Shown here: positions 13,788-26,347 of the stretch, piece by piece
Layout: the number at the start of each line of letters is the position of its first letter
Numbering within the stretch: position 1 is the stretch's first letter
Position numbers and translations under genes: made by a program
The notes under the pieces: generated by a model
Told to the model about the DNA's origin: nothing
The model's database searches: none
Seen by the model: the letters and a program-made list of their open reading frames with translations, nothing else
Assembly: GCA_051047955.1 (NCBI GenBank)
Contig: JBPGPT010000006.1
Span: 62,001-126,000, forward strand
Direction of reading: 5' to 3'
DNA: 64,000 bases
Origin: Cystobasidiomycetes sp. EMM_F5
Lineage: Eukaryota

Positions 13788-14232
13788 GCGGCAACCCAAA
13801 CAACCAAGCTGCCGCGCAGTGTCACTTCAGGCTGCTACAAAAACCTCAGCTGAATCAAATATGTGACTGGCTTCACACCAACGACGTTACCGTTTGCTTG
13901 GGGGGTTGTGCGATAGTGTCGCCCATTTACTCGTTATCGCGCGTAAATAGCCGGCCGAGACGATGTGCAGCGGAGCTGATGGCAGCCGCGAAGTGACGCT
14001 GTTGAAGCGCAGGTATGGCTACAGCATTGTACGGGCCAGGCAGAGCAATCCTGTCGGTTTCCTCCAATTGCGGCAGTCGCACAAATATGACCGTGCCGGC
14101 GATCCGCAGACGTGCTTTTTGCAATATTATTATGGTACACGTCAAATAACTAGGCATACACGTCGAAGCCTCGTAAGTCGTGATACTGCTACGCTATCCC
14201 CCATGCGTACTACCAAACTGCGATTACTTCAT

Positions 14233-17200
14233 CTAAACCTCCAGAAGCGACAGAAGAGACCAAAAGAATATCGGAATGATGAGATTGTCATTTTGCAATG
14301 ACATAGCCTCGAGGAGTCCCGCGAGGGTGGTTGCGAGTAGATAATGTGATGCCTAGCGGAGATCATGGCGGAGATCAATTGTCAGGAAACAGCATACGCG
14401 CGTCGAACCAATCGGACTCACAGAGAAGTGCTCTACAATACCCAAAGCACGCAGGGATAGGGCGGATGCGGCTATTGTGACAATGAAAGATGCGGTACCG
14501 AAAAGAGTCTTGCTTGAATTAGGCCACTTCAGTCGCCCGATGCGTTTACCCAACACAGACGCCTGCAAGAAAATGCCTATAAGCATGACATTTGAGGATT
14601 TTCGAAGCTACTGACGAATGCATCACCGATGCCCACTGCTAAAACACCAGTGTACTGCTTGATGCCGCTGCCTTCCAGCCAAAGTCCGCCAGCGCACCCG
14701 GTAAGTAAATAAAAGTGGCTTAAGATTACAGGTCCAGCGTCCTTGGAATCGACAAACTCGTTGAAGAATACGTGGATTGGAGCGCCAATGGGGTATACTG
14801 CGAAATATCGTGCGTATTCTGCAAACGTAAAGATAGCAAACGCTGCAGCGAAGGCGAGAGAAGTGAATGCGGGCTGGATAACCGCCATCAACCATTTGTC
14901 GCAAATTGCGAAGAGAGTTTCTGCTCACGTCGATAGCAATTGCTGGTACAAACATGAGGACTGCTAGGGCGTGAAAGAACTTTCTTCGCAAGTCCAAGGC
15001 GACATGCATTCTTCTATTCTCGCGAATGTTGGATACGCCGACAACTTCCAGCGTAGCCTTTGAAATACTTGCTCCATTCTCCGCTGCTGACGCCGACTGG
15101 TGGTTGGAAGTACTGGCCGATAATTTACTCTTGGCGAGCCGAATCCTTCTAGCTCGCACAATGCGAGTCTGCCAACCGCCCACGGCCGCGGAGACGATGC
15201 CCAGCCAGTATAAAGCTAGACCAACTCTACGCAATCTCCAAAATCCGCGAACATCGCTGGACATGCCTTCGACTCCGTCCCCGCCGAACATTAGGAATCG
15301 CAGACCCCATAGCCATGCTGTCGAGAACCTTCCGCCCAAGGCCCAGCCCGCCCATCCTCCGAATGGCAGGCAAATGATCAGAGCGAGAGCTGCGAAAATA
15401 CCTAGAGCAACCAATTTACGGTTCCGGCCACGACTTCCGGGTGACTGAACAGTATCATGAGTGAATTGTATTCTTTACCGGAACAGCCACATCCATACCT
15501 TTAATCGATGGGAAGGCATCTGCGCAAAATGCCGCGACAAGAACAAGAGGGGAGCGATACAGAAACCCGTTAGAAAGGCTCCGGGGATCATGACATGATG
15601 GTAGGAAAGAAGCGGAGTGGGCATGCGGTACGTTGGCGGTATGCCTCCATACTTTGCATAAAAAAACTGTACGATAGAAAGGCGCAGAATTAGCGGCAGC
15701 CGTAGTGCATGGGCCCATGTACATACTCTAGATGCAGTAAGACGCCAGAACTCCAACGCCAAAGAGATTCCGGCACCAGTCGCCAAACTTAGCTCGCCCA
15801 GCGTGAAGCCTCTTCTTACTAGTCTTGTTACCAAGTATAACGACATTTGGTAGATGAATGACCCGACAGCAGCTTCCAAAGGCGATACATAAGGCGTAGC
15901 TGCGGTTCGGAAAATTCAGATTCGCATATCGACAGGCTTAGGATTAGAAATACTAACCCCATGCAAACGCGTCATTTAGCGCTAGGAGCGTCCACAAAGC
16001 AAAGCTCACAGACAAAGAGAGGAGAGAAACGCCAAATAGACGTTTCGTGTTGTTTGTCGGTAGGCGCTCGATGCGGAGTATTGTTCTCGAAAGGATGAGG
16101 TGCAACACGAGTATAAAGCTATTCATGCTTGTTGTCAACAGCAAGGATATCCTCGCCTTGACTACAGCATTGAATAATTGGGTATGAGTCGTCACAGAAT
16201 CATGAGCCGGAATGATGCCAGCTGCTTGCCAGACGTCCATCAGAGGGCGAACGTGGTCAAGAGTATGATATCTCTCTGGTCCGCTAATCACGGCATCCCA
16301 AAGAAATCCGGCTGCCAACAGGATGGGAATGACAGCTCCTGCGGCAAAGCCGTCATCTACTGTCGCAGGAGTCCGATAACCGCGCTCGTCGGTGAATGGA
16401 AACATGTAGTTTGCCTCGGGACCTCGCTTGCGGAACAGTGCCGCAGTTGGAACGATCGCAATCAACATGACGAGTGGACTAATGGGAATAGGCTCGTGTT
16501 GCGCGCCGAGCACATCTGGTAGTCTCACCATCCGCACAGCAGCCAGAACGAGGGATGCGGTCAAGATCGAGACTTCAGGCAACAGGTCAAAGCGGAATGA
16601 GATCCATCGAGTAGGCTGTTTCGAGGCCGCCGTGGGTGTAGGCGAACGGTGCCCATTCAGACCTTGATGGCCTAGATTAGGATTCGCGTGAGAAGCTTCG
16701 GGTTGTGAGGGGGATGCTCGGCGACGCGCAGCTATGCTTCCAGCAAGACTAGCGTACTGGCTGCCAGAGTCAGAGTGAACTGCCTGAGAGGCTGATGCAC
16801 TTGGCGTCAGTGAGCGACCCCGCGGAGCCGATGGGTTTGGTCGTTTGGGGCGAAGCAGAGCCGTCTCCCAGCTTGCACCAAAATGTGTTGCTTCCGGAAC
16901 TGGACGTTGGATCAAAAGCTCTCTTCGAGCTGGGGACAGACTTGAAGACGAGCTAGGTTGTTGGACTGGTATGGACACGTCGTCGTTAGCTGGCGGGGAA
17001 ACGACGACCGGAGGGGAAGATGAATCGACGTTAGATAACCCAAGAGCTCTATCCAGAAGCTCCGTAGCGCTATCTTCTGAGCTCGAAGCGTCGCCGTCGC
17101 TGCCGTCCTGCCAGCTGTCACGTTCCGACTCGTTTGACCCAAAGTAAGCCAGACGGTCTGCCGTGTTGGGTGTTTCGACTTCGGACGGGCCTGTATACGT

Positions 17201-17500
17201 TACATTGGTCGTATTGATGGCCGTCGCTGGATGCGGACTGGCTCCACGTTTCCTGCGAACACCTTGTTGACCGCTCGCCGAGTGGGCGCTACTGCCGCTC
17301 GTCAATGGCCTGAGCCGCTTCACTGCAGACTCTGGTGACCGCTCTGGCGATGACCTGTTGCTGCTCGCGACTCTTTCTGTCCGCGGTCTCGCAGCTCGAC
17401 GGTGTCGGCCAGGCCGCCCATCAGCACTGGGTCCAGCTGCTCCAGCTCCTCCGCCAGCATTGTTGGGCGAGCTTCGCCCGCCGAGCAGGTAGCCTTTCAT
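14233..17500 (-). CDS. SEC59: Dolichol kinase with long disordered N-terminus
   Basis: LDLRRKFFHALAV, DAGPVILSHFYLLTGC, GIGDAFASVLGKRIGRLKWPNSSKTLFGT, LEAMSLQNDNLIIP; many hydrophobic segments. Confidence 0.9.
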
Positions 17501-17738
17501 GCTTCATTGTGCATGCATGGCATTCATTATTTCGCATTCATTCAAGGCATAGCTCGGGGTCTCAATTCGGTGAGCAGCTGTCAGAAATGCCTCTCGGTCA
17601 AGCAAGACGCGTCATGTAGAAGTGCGACTACCAACTACATTCCATTGCAAGAGGGACAACAATTCAAATGAGAAGTTCGTAAGGTTAGATTGTCCGTGAA
17701 GGCTCGACTGATGATATGGCGTTATGATGGCCTTACGT

Positions 17739-20339
17739 CTACTGATGCGACTGCAGAGACCAGCTCGACAGCGCAACGCTAGACGGGGTCTTGTAGGATG
17801 AACTGCTCAGACCTGGCCATTGTGGGGAGAACAAGACTTGAAGATTGGTAGTGCCAGCGGGGATGTTGATGGCAAGGACGGATACGCCGGGATTTGGCAG
17901 ATCCTCCTGGCCGGATGGCAGGGCAGGATCAGTCGACAGACGAACCGCTTGCAGAGTCTGGAAGGTGAGGCTGGAAGCAGAGTCCAGGATGGAAACTTGC
18001 ACATTCTGACCGCCGAGAGCCAGATTTGCCACACGGTTACCGTTACTGTATGAAATCGTAGCATTCGTGTGCATTCGCCATTGAGCCGTATTGCTCGAAC
18101 CGTTGATCTCATCCTGCAACAGCATTTGGCGACGAGAGTTGAGGAGACGCATGCCACGCTTGACGGATGTGCCGCCATAGGCAGCAGACATGTCGGTAAC
18201 AAAGTATGAAGCAGATGTCGAGTTGGCAGCATACGTCAACGACGTCTGGATATCGTTAGTCGTGCCAAATGTGACAGGTGGCTGTTGGTCGACAATCTGG
18301 TTTTGGCCATTGAGAAGTATGGTATTCTGACCCTCTGTGCGGCAGCGATAATACAACCATCTTTGCGAGTCTTGCGCCTCAGAGGAGAAGTAGCCGGTAG
18401 AGAGGTAGTTAGCTTGGCATAGCTCGCCAGCCCATCTTTGGCCAAGAGCCTCAAAGACAAAGTCACCAGTGTCAAGATTGCCTGTCATGAAGGCAAGTCA
18501 GTATGACAAATGGCGTGAATACTGCGGGATCATGGCCGAACCGTGGGTTTGATGGTTCGTCGTGTTACCGGACTTGATGGCAGCGTAGATGCCAGTCGGA
18601 TCTGTCCAGGAGGATCGCATAGCGGACCAAGCGTCATTGAGATTATTGAAGTAGTGATCGAGCGGTAGATTGTACCAGAATGAGCCGGTGGTGTCCGGGT
18701 TGTAGAACAGCATGGAGAGTGGTTCTGCGGCATCAATACGGTCTCGCTGGTAGAGCGAGTACAGTGGCTGATTGAGCTTGTCGCCATACAAGAGGAGGCC
18801 GTTGGCGGTAGCGGTATATTTGTTTGGACCACAATCTCCATAGTTGAACTTTTCGACAAAGCCCATGCCGTACATGTGGAAGAGACCAGTCTTGTACAAG
18901 TTGGCATTGGCGCTCAACAAGCCTTGGTCGCTGCCGGTAGCAGAAATCAAGCCAGCTACCATCTGCGATTGCCCGGTCGTGCCGAAATACCAGTAGTCTG
19001 ATGTTTCAGACCATGTTCCGTCAGATTGAGTCGCCTGCATACAATTTCCCCTCGCATTGGCAATGGTGTTTCCAAGTAGCTGCTGAGCAATACCGGTCGG
19101 ATCTTCGCTGGCAATGGCTAGAGCACCGAGAGTGAGGCCACCATTGCAGACACAGTTCCAGTTGCCGTTGGTACTTTGCCACCATGAGTAGCTGGTATCC
19201 GAAATTAGCATGGATTAGCACTGTACAAAAGAACATGCTCACCCTGATCCCTGGTTGTTGTACGAGTTTAAGCCGTATCTCAGACCGAGGTTGATGATGG
19301 ACCACATGATGGCGTTGCGCTGAGTAGGCGTCCAGGCATCGTACATCCAGTCGTAAGCGTATGCGAAGGCGACTATCGTAGAGATACAGTGTGAGTGGGT
19401 TATGAGTACAAAACGCAAGATTGACTCACGAGTGAATTCTCCGACGTCTAGGAAATGATCAGTATTCCAGTTATTGCCCGCACGGCCAAAGTCTTGCGAA
19501 GTATTGCCTGCAGCGACTTGCAGTTCTTGCCAGGCGCGAGTAGACCACTTGGTATCGTTTGACATACGCCATGCGTACGCCCAGTGCTTCATCCTGAGTT
19601 GCACCTCTCGCGCGACGTCGAGTACGCCAGAGCCGGAGTATCCGCCGTCGATGGCGTACGCTGTCGGGGACATTGCAGCGTAACGCGAAGCATTTGCAAA
19701 GATGGTCGCGTTCCACGACGCTAGATATGCGCTCTGTGCAATCTGCTGAGGCAGGCAGGCCCACTTGCTCGACGACCCAAACAGTCTTGGATGGTCTGTT
19801 CGTACGTGAACGCTGTCGCTCGATCTGTTATTCCACGTCGGCGTATCCGCTCTGCAGAGTCCCTTGATGGATGTGGAAGTGACGGTAGGCATCGCGGGCG
19901 CAGCTGTCGTCGCCGTCGCGTACAATGGATTGCTGAAGGCATCCGTAGAGTACGCGGCGAGACTTGGCTGGGCGGCGTTGTTGACGATGCCAGAAACGGA
20001 GGCAGCACCTGCATCAGCGGACCCGATACCCGACGATGACCCAGAGGTACTGCTACTGCTACTCTTGTGCTTGCTGGCGAGGACTCCACCAGCGACTCCG
20101 CCGGCGATGGCAGCCACGAGCAGAATTGGCGCGCCAATGTAGAACCACTTCTGCTTGTAAAAGGGAGTGTGGGCGTTGGCGTACTTGTTGTTGCGGGCGT
20201 AGTTGCTGCCGTTTGGCGGGTACGCGCCCTGCTTGTAGTTGAGATCCGTCGTCGACTGGTCGTAGCCCACGCTCTGGTACCCTGCACCGCTCATGTTTGC
20301 AAACCCAGAGCTGCTCGAGTCTTGGTATCGATGGCTCAT
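17739..20339 (-). CDS. Membrane-anchored polysaccharide lyase-like protein (alginate/chondroitin lyase-like plus heparinase II/III-like domains)
   Basis: Single N-terminal TM helix, Ser/Thr linker, HPRLF, HFLDVGEF, AYDWMY, NWNCVCNGG, WSETSDYWYFG, H|GNLDTGDFVFEALGQRWA, GQNTILLNG. Confidence 0.8.
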
Positions 20340-20645
20340 ACACGCTCAGCGTACAGTATGGTCGATGTTTTAATCAGACGCTGCAGCTCAGACCTCTGCG
20401 AGGTTCAAGTTTGCGCAACCTTTGCCACTTTCGCGGCGGTGCATTCCTCCGGCAAAAAGCAACCAAGTGCAAGTCTGAGCTTTTTATTGTGTTTGAGCAA
20501 TGTGAAGAGAGATGCGCTAGAAGAGGAGTCATATGCGCTCTGTCCTATTAATACAGAGGCTATTCGCGATCTGAAACCACGAAAAGCAAATCGCGGGGCT
20601 ATTTACATTCTTTTTCCCCCATGTCGACGCGGTGACGGCTCCCAG

Positions 20646-22136
20646 CTACGTCTTGCTGACTTTCTGCATCTCTAGATCATCCGAAAAAACCATGCTCAAG
20701 CTTGCGCGCCTACTGTCTCCACTTTTTGACAAGACTGCTAGCTATCGATTCTCGTCGGCTTCTCGTTCTCCGCTCCTTGTCAGGCTTGCTCGAGCTTCGA
20801 CTGCTAGAAGACTGTGTCTGAAGATGTCTGTTGGCTTTGCGAGCGTCACGGGCCGCGATAGCCTCCTGAAGCATATCCGACTAACGTCAGCGACCCCGTC
20901 TGATTTAATGCACAACGCACAGACCCACCAGCTGCTCCTTCTCCTGCAACGTGTATCTGCCATTCGGATTGGGATTGCCGATGGTCGGACCTTCAAGGAA
21001 GTACGGATGTCCGAGCATCGATTCGCACGAAGGTCTTTCGCTCGGCAGAAACGTGAGTAGCCGTTCCATCAAGTCGAGCGGAATCGACGGCCAGAGCGGA
21101 AAGAAGTCGTCATGGTTGCGTCGGATTATGCTGTCGAAATCAAAGTCTCGCATCTGCGCCTGCAAACGCAGAGCACGAGCAGTTGCATGTAAGCAGACAC
21201 GCGCATGATAACTCCAACCGCCAGAACGCACATATTGCTTTTGAGCATATCTTTGCGTTTCTGGATTGGGAACACCAATCAACCGGAAGATCGCACGCAG
21301 CATGTCTTGTTCTGTTCCTTCGCGGAAAACAGGGGAGCCATGCATCATCTCCGCTAGTATGACGCCGACGCTCCAGACATCTACTCCTCGGTCGTATGTA
21401 GTAGCGCCCATCAGCAGCAACGGGATTTTTTTCGGCAGTCAGTACACCCGAAGCTATAACATTCAGCAGAAGCACTCGCCTCTGGACAGCGCCACCACAT
21501 TGTCACCACGTTTCGATCCAGCTTTTCATCCGGAAGGCCAGTCACACGAGCAAGACCAAAGTCTGCGATTTTCAGCTCGCCCCGCTGCAGATTGATCAAC
21601 AGATTGGCGGGCTTGAGGTCTCGATGGAGTATATTCTCATTGTGCAGATACGAAACTCCTCGAAGCAGCTGATGCATAAAAGACCGGCAGACGGGCGGTG
21701 ATACGACACCGTTGTCTGTCATGTCTGGTCGCTGCATGTATGCGCTCAAATCGAGATCCATAAATTCCAGGACCAATTGCATCTTTAGGCCAAGGTGGAC
21801 GACATCATAAAGTCGTATGACTCTATCATTCTGCAATAATGGCATCGGTAAACGCATACAATGTCGACCTAATATGCCCCCTTACCTGCAAGGTCTTGAG
21901 AATGCTGATCTCTTTGACAATGTTGGGAGTCACTCCGATATTCTCATCGATTTCAATCTCCTTGACGGCAACCAGATCTCCAGTGGTCTCTTCCTGCCCC
22001 TAAGCCAATTCAAGTGTGTCCGCTCAGTCATCCAATTCTTCAACGTCAGACCCATGTTGGCAAGGCTTACTAGATAGACCTTTCCATACGTCCCTTCACC
22101 TATAGGCCTGATGATGCGGTAATTCACCAGCGTCAT
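20646..22136 (-). CDS. Divergent PHO85-like cyclin-dependent kinase, paralog A (possibly splice-defective)
   Basis: IGEGTYGKV, VAVKK, TPNIVKEISIL in place of PSTAIRE, HRDLKPANLL, DFGLAR; tail GPTIGNPNPNGRYTL nearly identical to the PHO85 gene at 26.3-27.8 kb. Confidence 0.8.
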
Positions 22137-22508
22137 GAGGATGCTGACTATTGAATGGGTGCAGGCAGTCAGGCTGAGAGGAGAGACTCTTTCTATAGTT
22201 GAAGGTCAGATTGGCGCATCGCTACGCGCTGTATGCCCGAGGTGAAAGTGGCATCCTACGCCCGACGTATCAGAAGTACTGCGTAAACCCTGACGGTACG
22301 ACGAGATTAGCCGTTGTTAGTGACGCTTCGGTTTAGCCGTTAAACATTAGCCTCTGGAGTCATAATGGTCAGTATGTGGAGCATTGTCTGCTTACTTGAC
22401 AGATGTAAGTCTGGTCAACTTGACAGCTGTGGCAATGCAATGAAGCGGCTATTGCTATTCTATTCTGCACATTGAACATTGTAGGGATATATGATGAAGC
22501 TTCCAGAG

Positions 22509-23827
22509 TCATATGAGGACTGGCCGCGTATTGGAAACGCTTCTCCGCCTCGGATTGGAACCCGAAGGACCGCTCACGCTGTGTCGCCGGCTTCGACGGT
22601 GCTCGATCGCTCTCTATGTCCAGACAGACCGTATGGTTAGCTTACTCCTAACGCAAGCAATTCCAGCAAAAGATGACGCAGCTCACAATATGCTCCGCTT
22701 CTTGTGCAGTGTACAGCCCTTTGTGATCCGTGATGTATGTATGTTGTAGAGCCTGTGTACAAGTGATTCGTTTATGGGGCCGGAATCGCAAAAACTCCTT
22801 GAGTAATTCGAGAGCAAGCGGACTCCATAGCTTGAAAACTGTCTTTAATTCTTTAGGTGGTATTTTCGGAAAATTGTAGTCCTTCATCTTTTTCTGAACG
22901 GCGGAAATGAACCATGATTGCACAATAGTACAAAAGCCACTCAGCATCGCAACGCATCGCCGATAGGCCCTGACAAACTCACGTATGTTTTCCGTATCTC
23001 CTGACGGCGGCGCGAGCTAGGCGTACCGAACAAGCCAAAGACCTGGAGTAGCACCGCATCCCTGTCCCTGCCGTGGAATATCGGACGACCAAGCATCATT
23101 TCTCCAAAGATGCAGCCGATGCTCCATACGTCAATTTCGACTCCATACCAGCTGCTACCCATTATAATTTCAGGTGCCCGATAGTAAAGAGTCACTACTC
23201 TGTTGCTCTTGACTATGATTTCGTCTTCCAGTTCGGTTCCTTCGATGTTCAGGTCCACCCGTGCTAATCCAAAATCAGCAATCTTGAGAATGCCTCTCGA
23301 CGAGATCAGCAGGTTTGAAGGCTTAAGATCGCGATGCATCACGCCGTTCAAGTGAAGATGCTCCATTCCCAGCAGGAGTTGATGCATGAAGGATCTGCAG
23401 ATCTTTGGGTGCAAGACGCCCGCGTCCGCAAGGTCTGGGCGGCGAAGGTATGCTTCGAGATCCATATCGACAAACTCCAGTATTAAGCTGACTCTGGTAT
23501 CCTCGTGGATCACGTCGTAAAGCTTCACTATATTATTGTGCTGTATGCAGAAAAGTGGGTCTTAGGCATTGTTCATTCTTCAAAGTAGCAGATGCACGCT
23601 CACCTTCATCTCCTTCAGTATGCTAATTTCCTTGACCAACTCCTCGGTGAGACCGTCCGAGATTTTGATCTGTTTGATAGCGACCATATCGCTAGTGGGT
23701 ATATGTTGAGCCTGTTATTGCAGGTCAGTGCTTGTCTCTATCGACTCAAGTGTGGCTCACATACCAAGAAGACCTGTCCATAGGTTCCTTGACCGAGGCG
23801 TCTTATCACCTTGTAATCATCTGCCAT
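22509..23827 (-). CDS. Divergent CDK, paralog B
   Basis: MADDYKVIRRLGQGTYGQVFL|AQHIPTSDMVAIKQIKISDGLTEELVKEISILKEMK|..HRDLKPSNLL..DFGLAR..VVTLYYRAPE; intron positions shared with PHO85. Confidence 0.85.
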
Positions 23828-24195
23828 CAGTTTACGCTGCGTACGCGTTCGGAGCTTTCAGTAAGATGGGCGGAAAGAACGAAAGCGCCAATCCGGCGAA
23901 TTCGGACCCGAAGAGACGCCCTCGCACGAAAGCTCCGGATGGCTCTTACGGGCGCATTGCTGCGCTCAAGAGGGTACTGTACATCGGTTTGACCGAATCA
24001 AACACCCGTGCTGTGTTGTCAGTATGCGACTGTGCGTAGAGTGGCGAAAAGGGCCTGCTCTGAGCGTGTACAACGATGTTAGTCGAGCTGAACCTACGTT
24101 GTACGCAGGTTGCAGTGCTGCAGGTGATCGATGCGGCACATAGAATGTAGGTATTTGTCCCGAACAGCGTGGCTTCCAGGTCAATTGCCCAGACT

Positions 24196-24818
24196 TTAGC
24201 AGCTTGGGTGGTTCTGCGTCAGTCCCAGTGCGGTCATGAGGATATGGTCAGTCTGTGGTTCTTCGTTAGGAACATGATGGTGCATGAGAAGCAGGAAGCC
24301 CTTCAACATGTTCAGCAATCGTGATTGCCTTGAAGCGTTGCAAGAATGGCGGATGGGACGTTGCATGATGGCCAACCACTGCCAGCCTGAGTCTGACACC
24401 TTGGAAGCCACAGTTTGAATCCACTGACGCTGCTGACGCCGACTTCACCCAATCTGTAATTGTGACCGCGGTCGCTGACAGGTTTTCGTGCTGACGTTGC
24501 CATAAGGCGATGGCAGACCGCCTTTTCACCGTTCCGTGTCTCAGAGAAGTTCCGTGAAAGAGCGACTGTCTGAGTTGTTCCAAATGTACTATTTTTATGG
24601 AGAAGAGTAACGCAATGAGCTTTGAAGGGCTTTCCGGCAAAGTCACAGTACTTGCCTGGTCGTCGAGTGGAGACAATGGCTTCAGGTGGCGTCATCATGA
24701 TGACACCGCAGCTGTTCAAGCGGACCTCCGTGTTCGACACACGCAGCTCCAGCCGCGCATGATCGTTAGAAAGCTCCGTCAAGCTACGCTCCGTGGACGC
24801 TGCGGTGGTTTCACTCAT
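24196..24818 (-). CDS. Possible small hypothetical protein (multi-exon)
   Basis: ATG at 24818 opens a coiled-coil-like stretch (TERSLTELSNDHARLELRVSNTEVRL); plausible splice sites follow, but no recognisable domain. Confidence 0.25.
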
Positions 24819-24873
24819 ACGGCTCCTTGACCTCGCTACTTCGAACATACAGCAATCGCACAAAAGTCACAAG

Positions 24874-26084
24874 ATGGAGATGCCCGAGATCCTACGATCT
24901 CTAGTGAGCCCAGAGGTTGCAAGTCAGTCGAACCCTCGAGTCCCACCGTGTATCAACATCGCGCGTTTGGTGTCTGGCGATATGACCATAGGCGCAGCTG
25001 AACGTTCGCCTCGAGCTGCTTCAGCATACTCACATTGTGCTGATGATCTAGTGTTCGTAGTCGCAGCGGATGCAAGACAAGATGCAGCACGGGCCCGTGC
25101 GCTTGTCGCATTGACTCCGGCTCCGCCGAAAATCGCCTCGTATCCACTGGAAGCCCACGACACGGAAGCTCTCCCTCTGAAAGATGCAATTCCTCAAGTC
25201 TTCACCGCACTCGCAAGCCTTTCCGACGACTTGACGCCGCTCATCGCGCTTCAGGCCCAGGTCAAGGACTTCTTCTCGTGCGGCACGTATGCTGCGACCA
25301 ATGCGTTTGCTCGAATGATTACGGCTGTAAGGGATTGCACCTGCGAGGTTGCACGGTTCAGCTTTCCTATCCCCTCAGCCGCTATGCCCTGGAACTCGTG
25401 CAAGCTTGCAGCCTCGCAAGTGCTGGTCCTGGCTGCTCCAGCAGATGCGGTGCTACCTGCGCTCGCACTCCAATCTAGGTCACTCAGCGGCGGGCTCAAG
25501 CTCGAATCGATCCGAGGTACTCCAACCGCATCTCTGAGAGCTGCTTTCAATGAAGCGAAAGCGCTGGCGACTGGACCTCTGCAAAGCACTACTATTATGG
25601 ATGTCACACTCATCGACGTTCGCATATTCGAACTTGCAGCACAAGGAAAGTCGCAGCCTTTCTCCACGTTCACTCATTCCTTCGTGATAGGTGTTGGGCC
25701 GGAAGGAGTAATCATATGGCAGTCTTGGGGTGAATACGGTTATCGTCTGGACGAGTATCTCAACCGTGATGGAGCCAGAGTCAGGAATTGGACGGAGGCG
25801 CAGGAGTTTGTAGATGATTTCCAACGGCTTCTCAAGTTGAAGGTGCACTTCCTAAATGTCCAGTAAATGTACATTGTCGCTAACCGCCACCACGGCAGGG
25901 ACCATGGAACCACAAAATGAACAAACTGTACAAGAAGGCTTTCGAGGTAGACATCATGGAGGTTTGCGGACCAAACGGCAAGCAGAAGCCGATGGTACCG
26001 ACTTTTAAGCCTTGGGTAAGGATTTATCCCATCAAGGATGTGAAGGTGGAGAATATCAAGAAGTTCCGCCTTGCGGATTCGTGA
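24874..26084 (+). CDS. Hypothetical protein with papain-like Cys..His..Gln motif arrangement
   Basis: Long exon plus one intron (~25843-25898) giving a C-terminus GPWNHKMNKLYKKAF..KFRLADS*; motifs SCGTYA, THSFVI, IIWQSWG. Confidence 0.7.
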
Positions 26085-26347
26085 GGCTGCCAATACATCC
26101 GCATCCTACGCGACTCTGCCGGGATACCAAGCGTGCAAGCGGGTGATCGACCTTCAAATTCTAGTCAAGCGGAAACAGCGTGTCTGTTTTGCGATGAAGA
26201 CGTCATAAATTGTACACATACATTCTGCGAACGAGTGGCGCTTGAACCCTAAAGCATTAGTGATACAGTTCATGTGAGAAACGAAAAGGGGTATCTCTCA
26301 TTGATAATCGTGCCCATAAAAGCTCGTGCAGGAACAGCGTGCCAATC

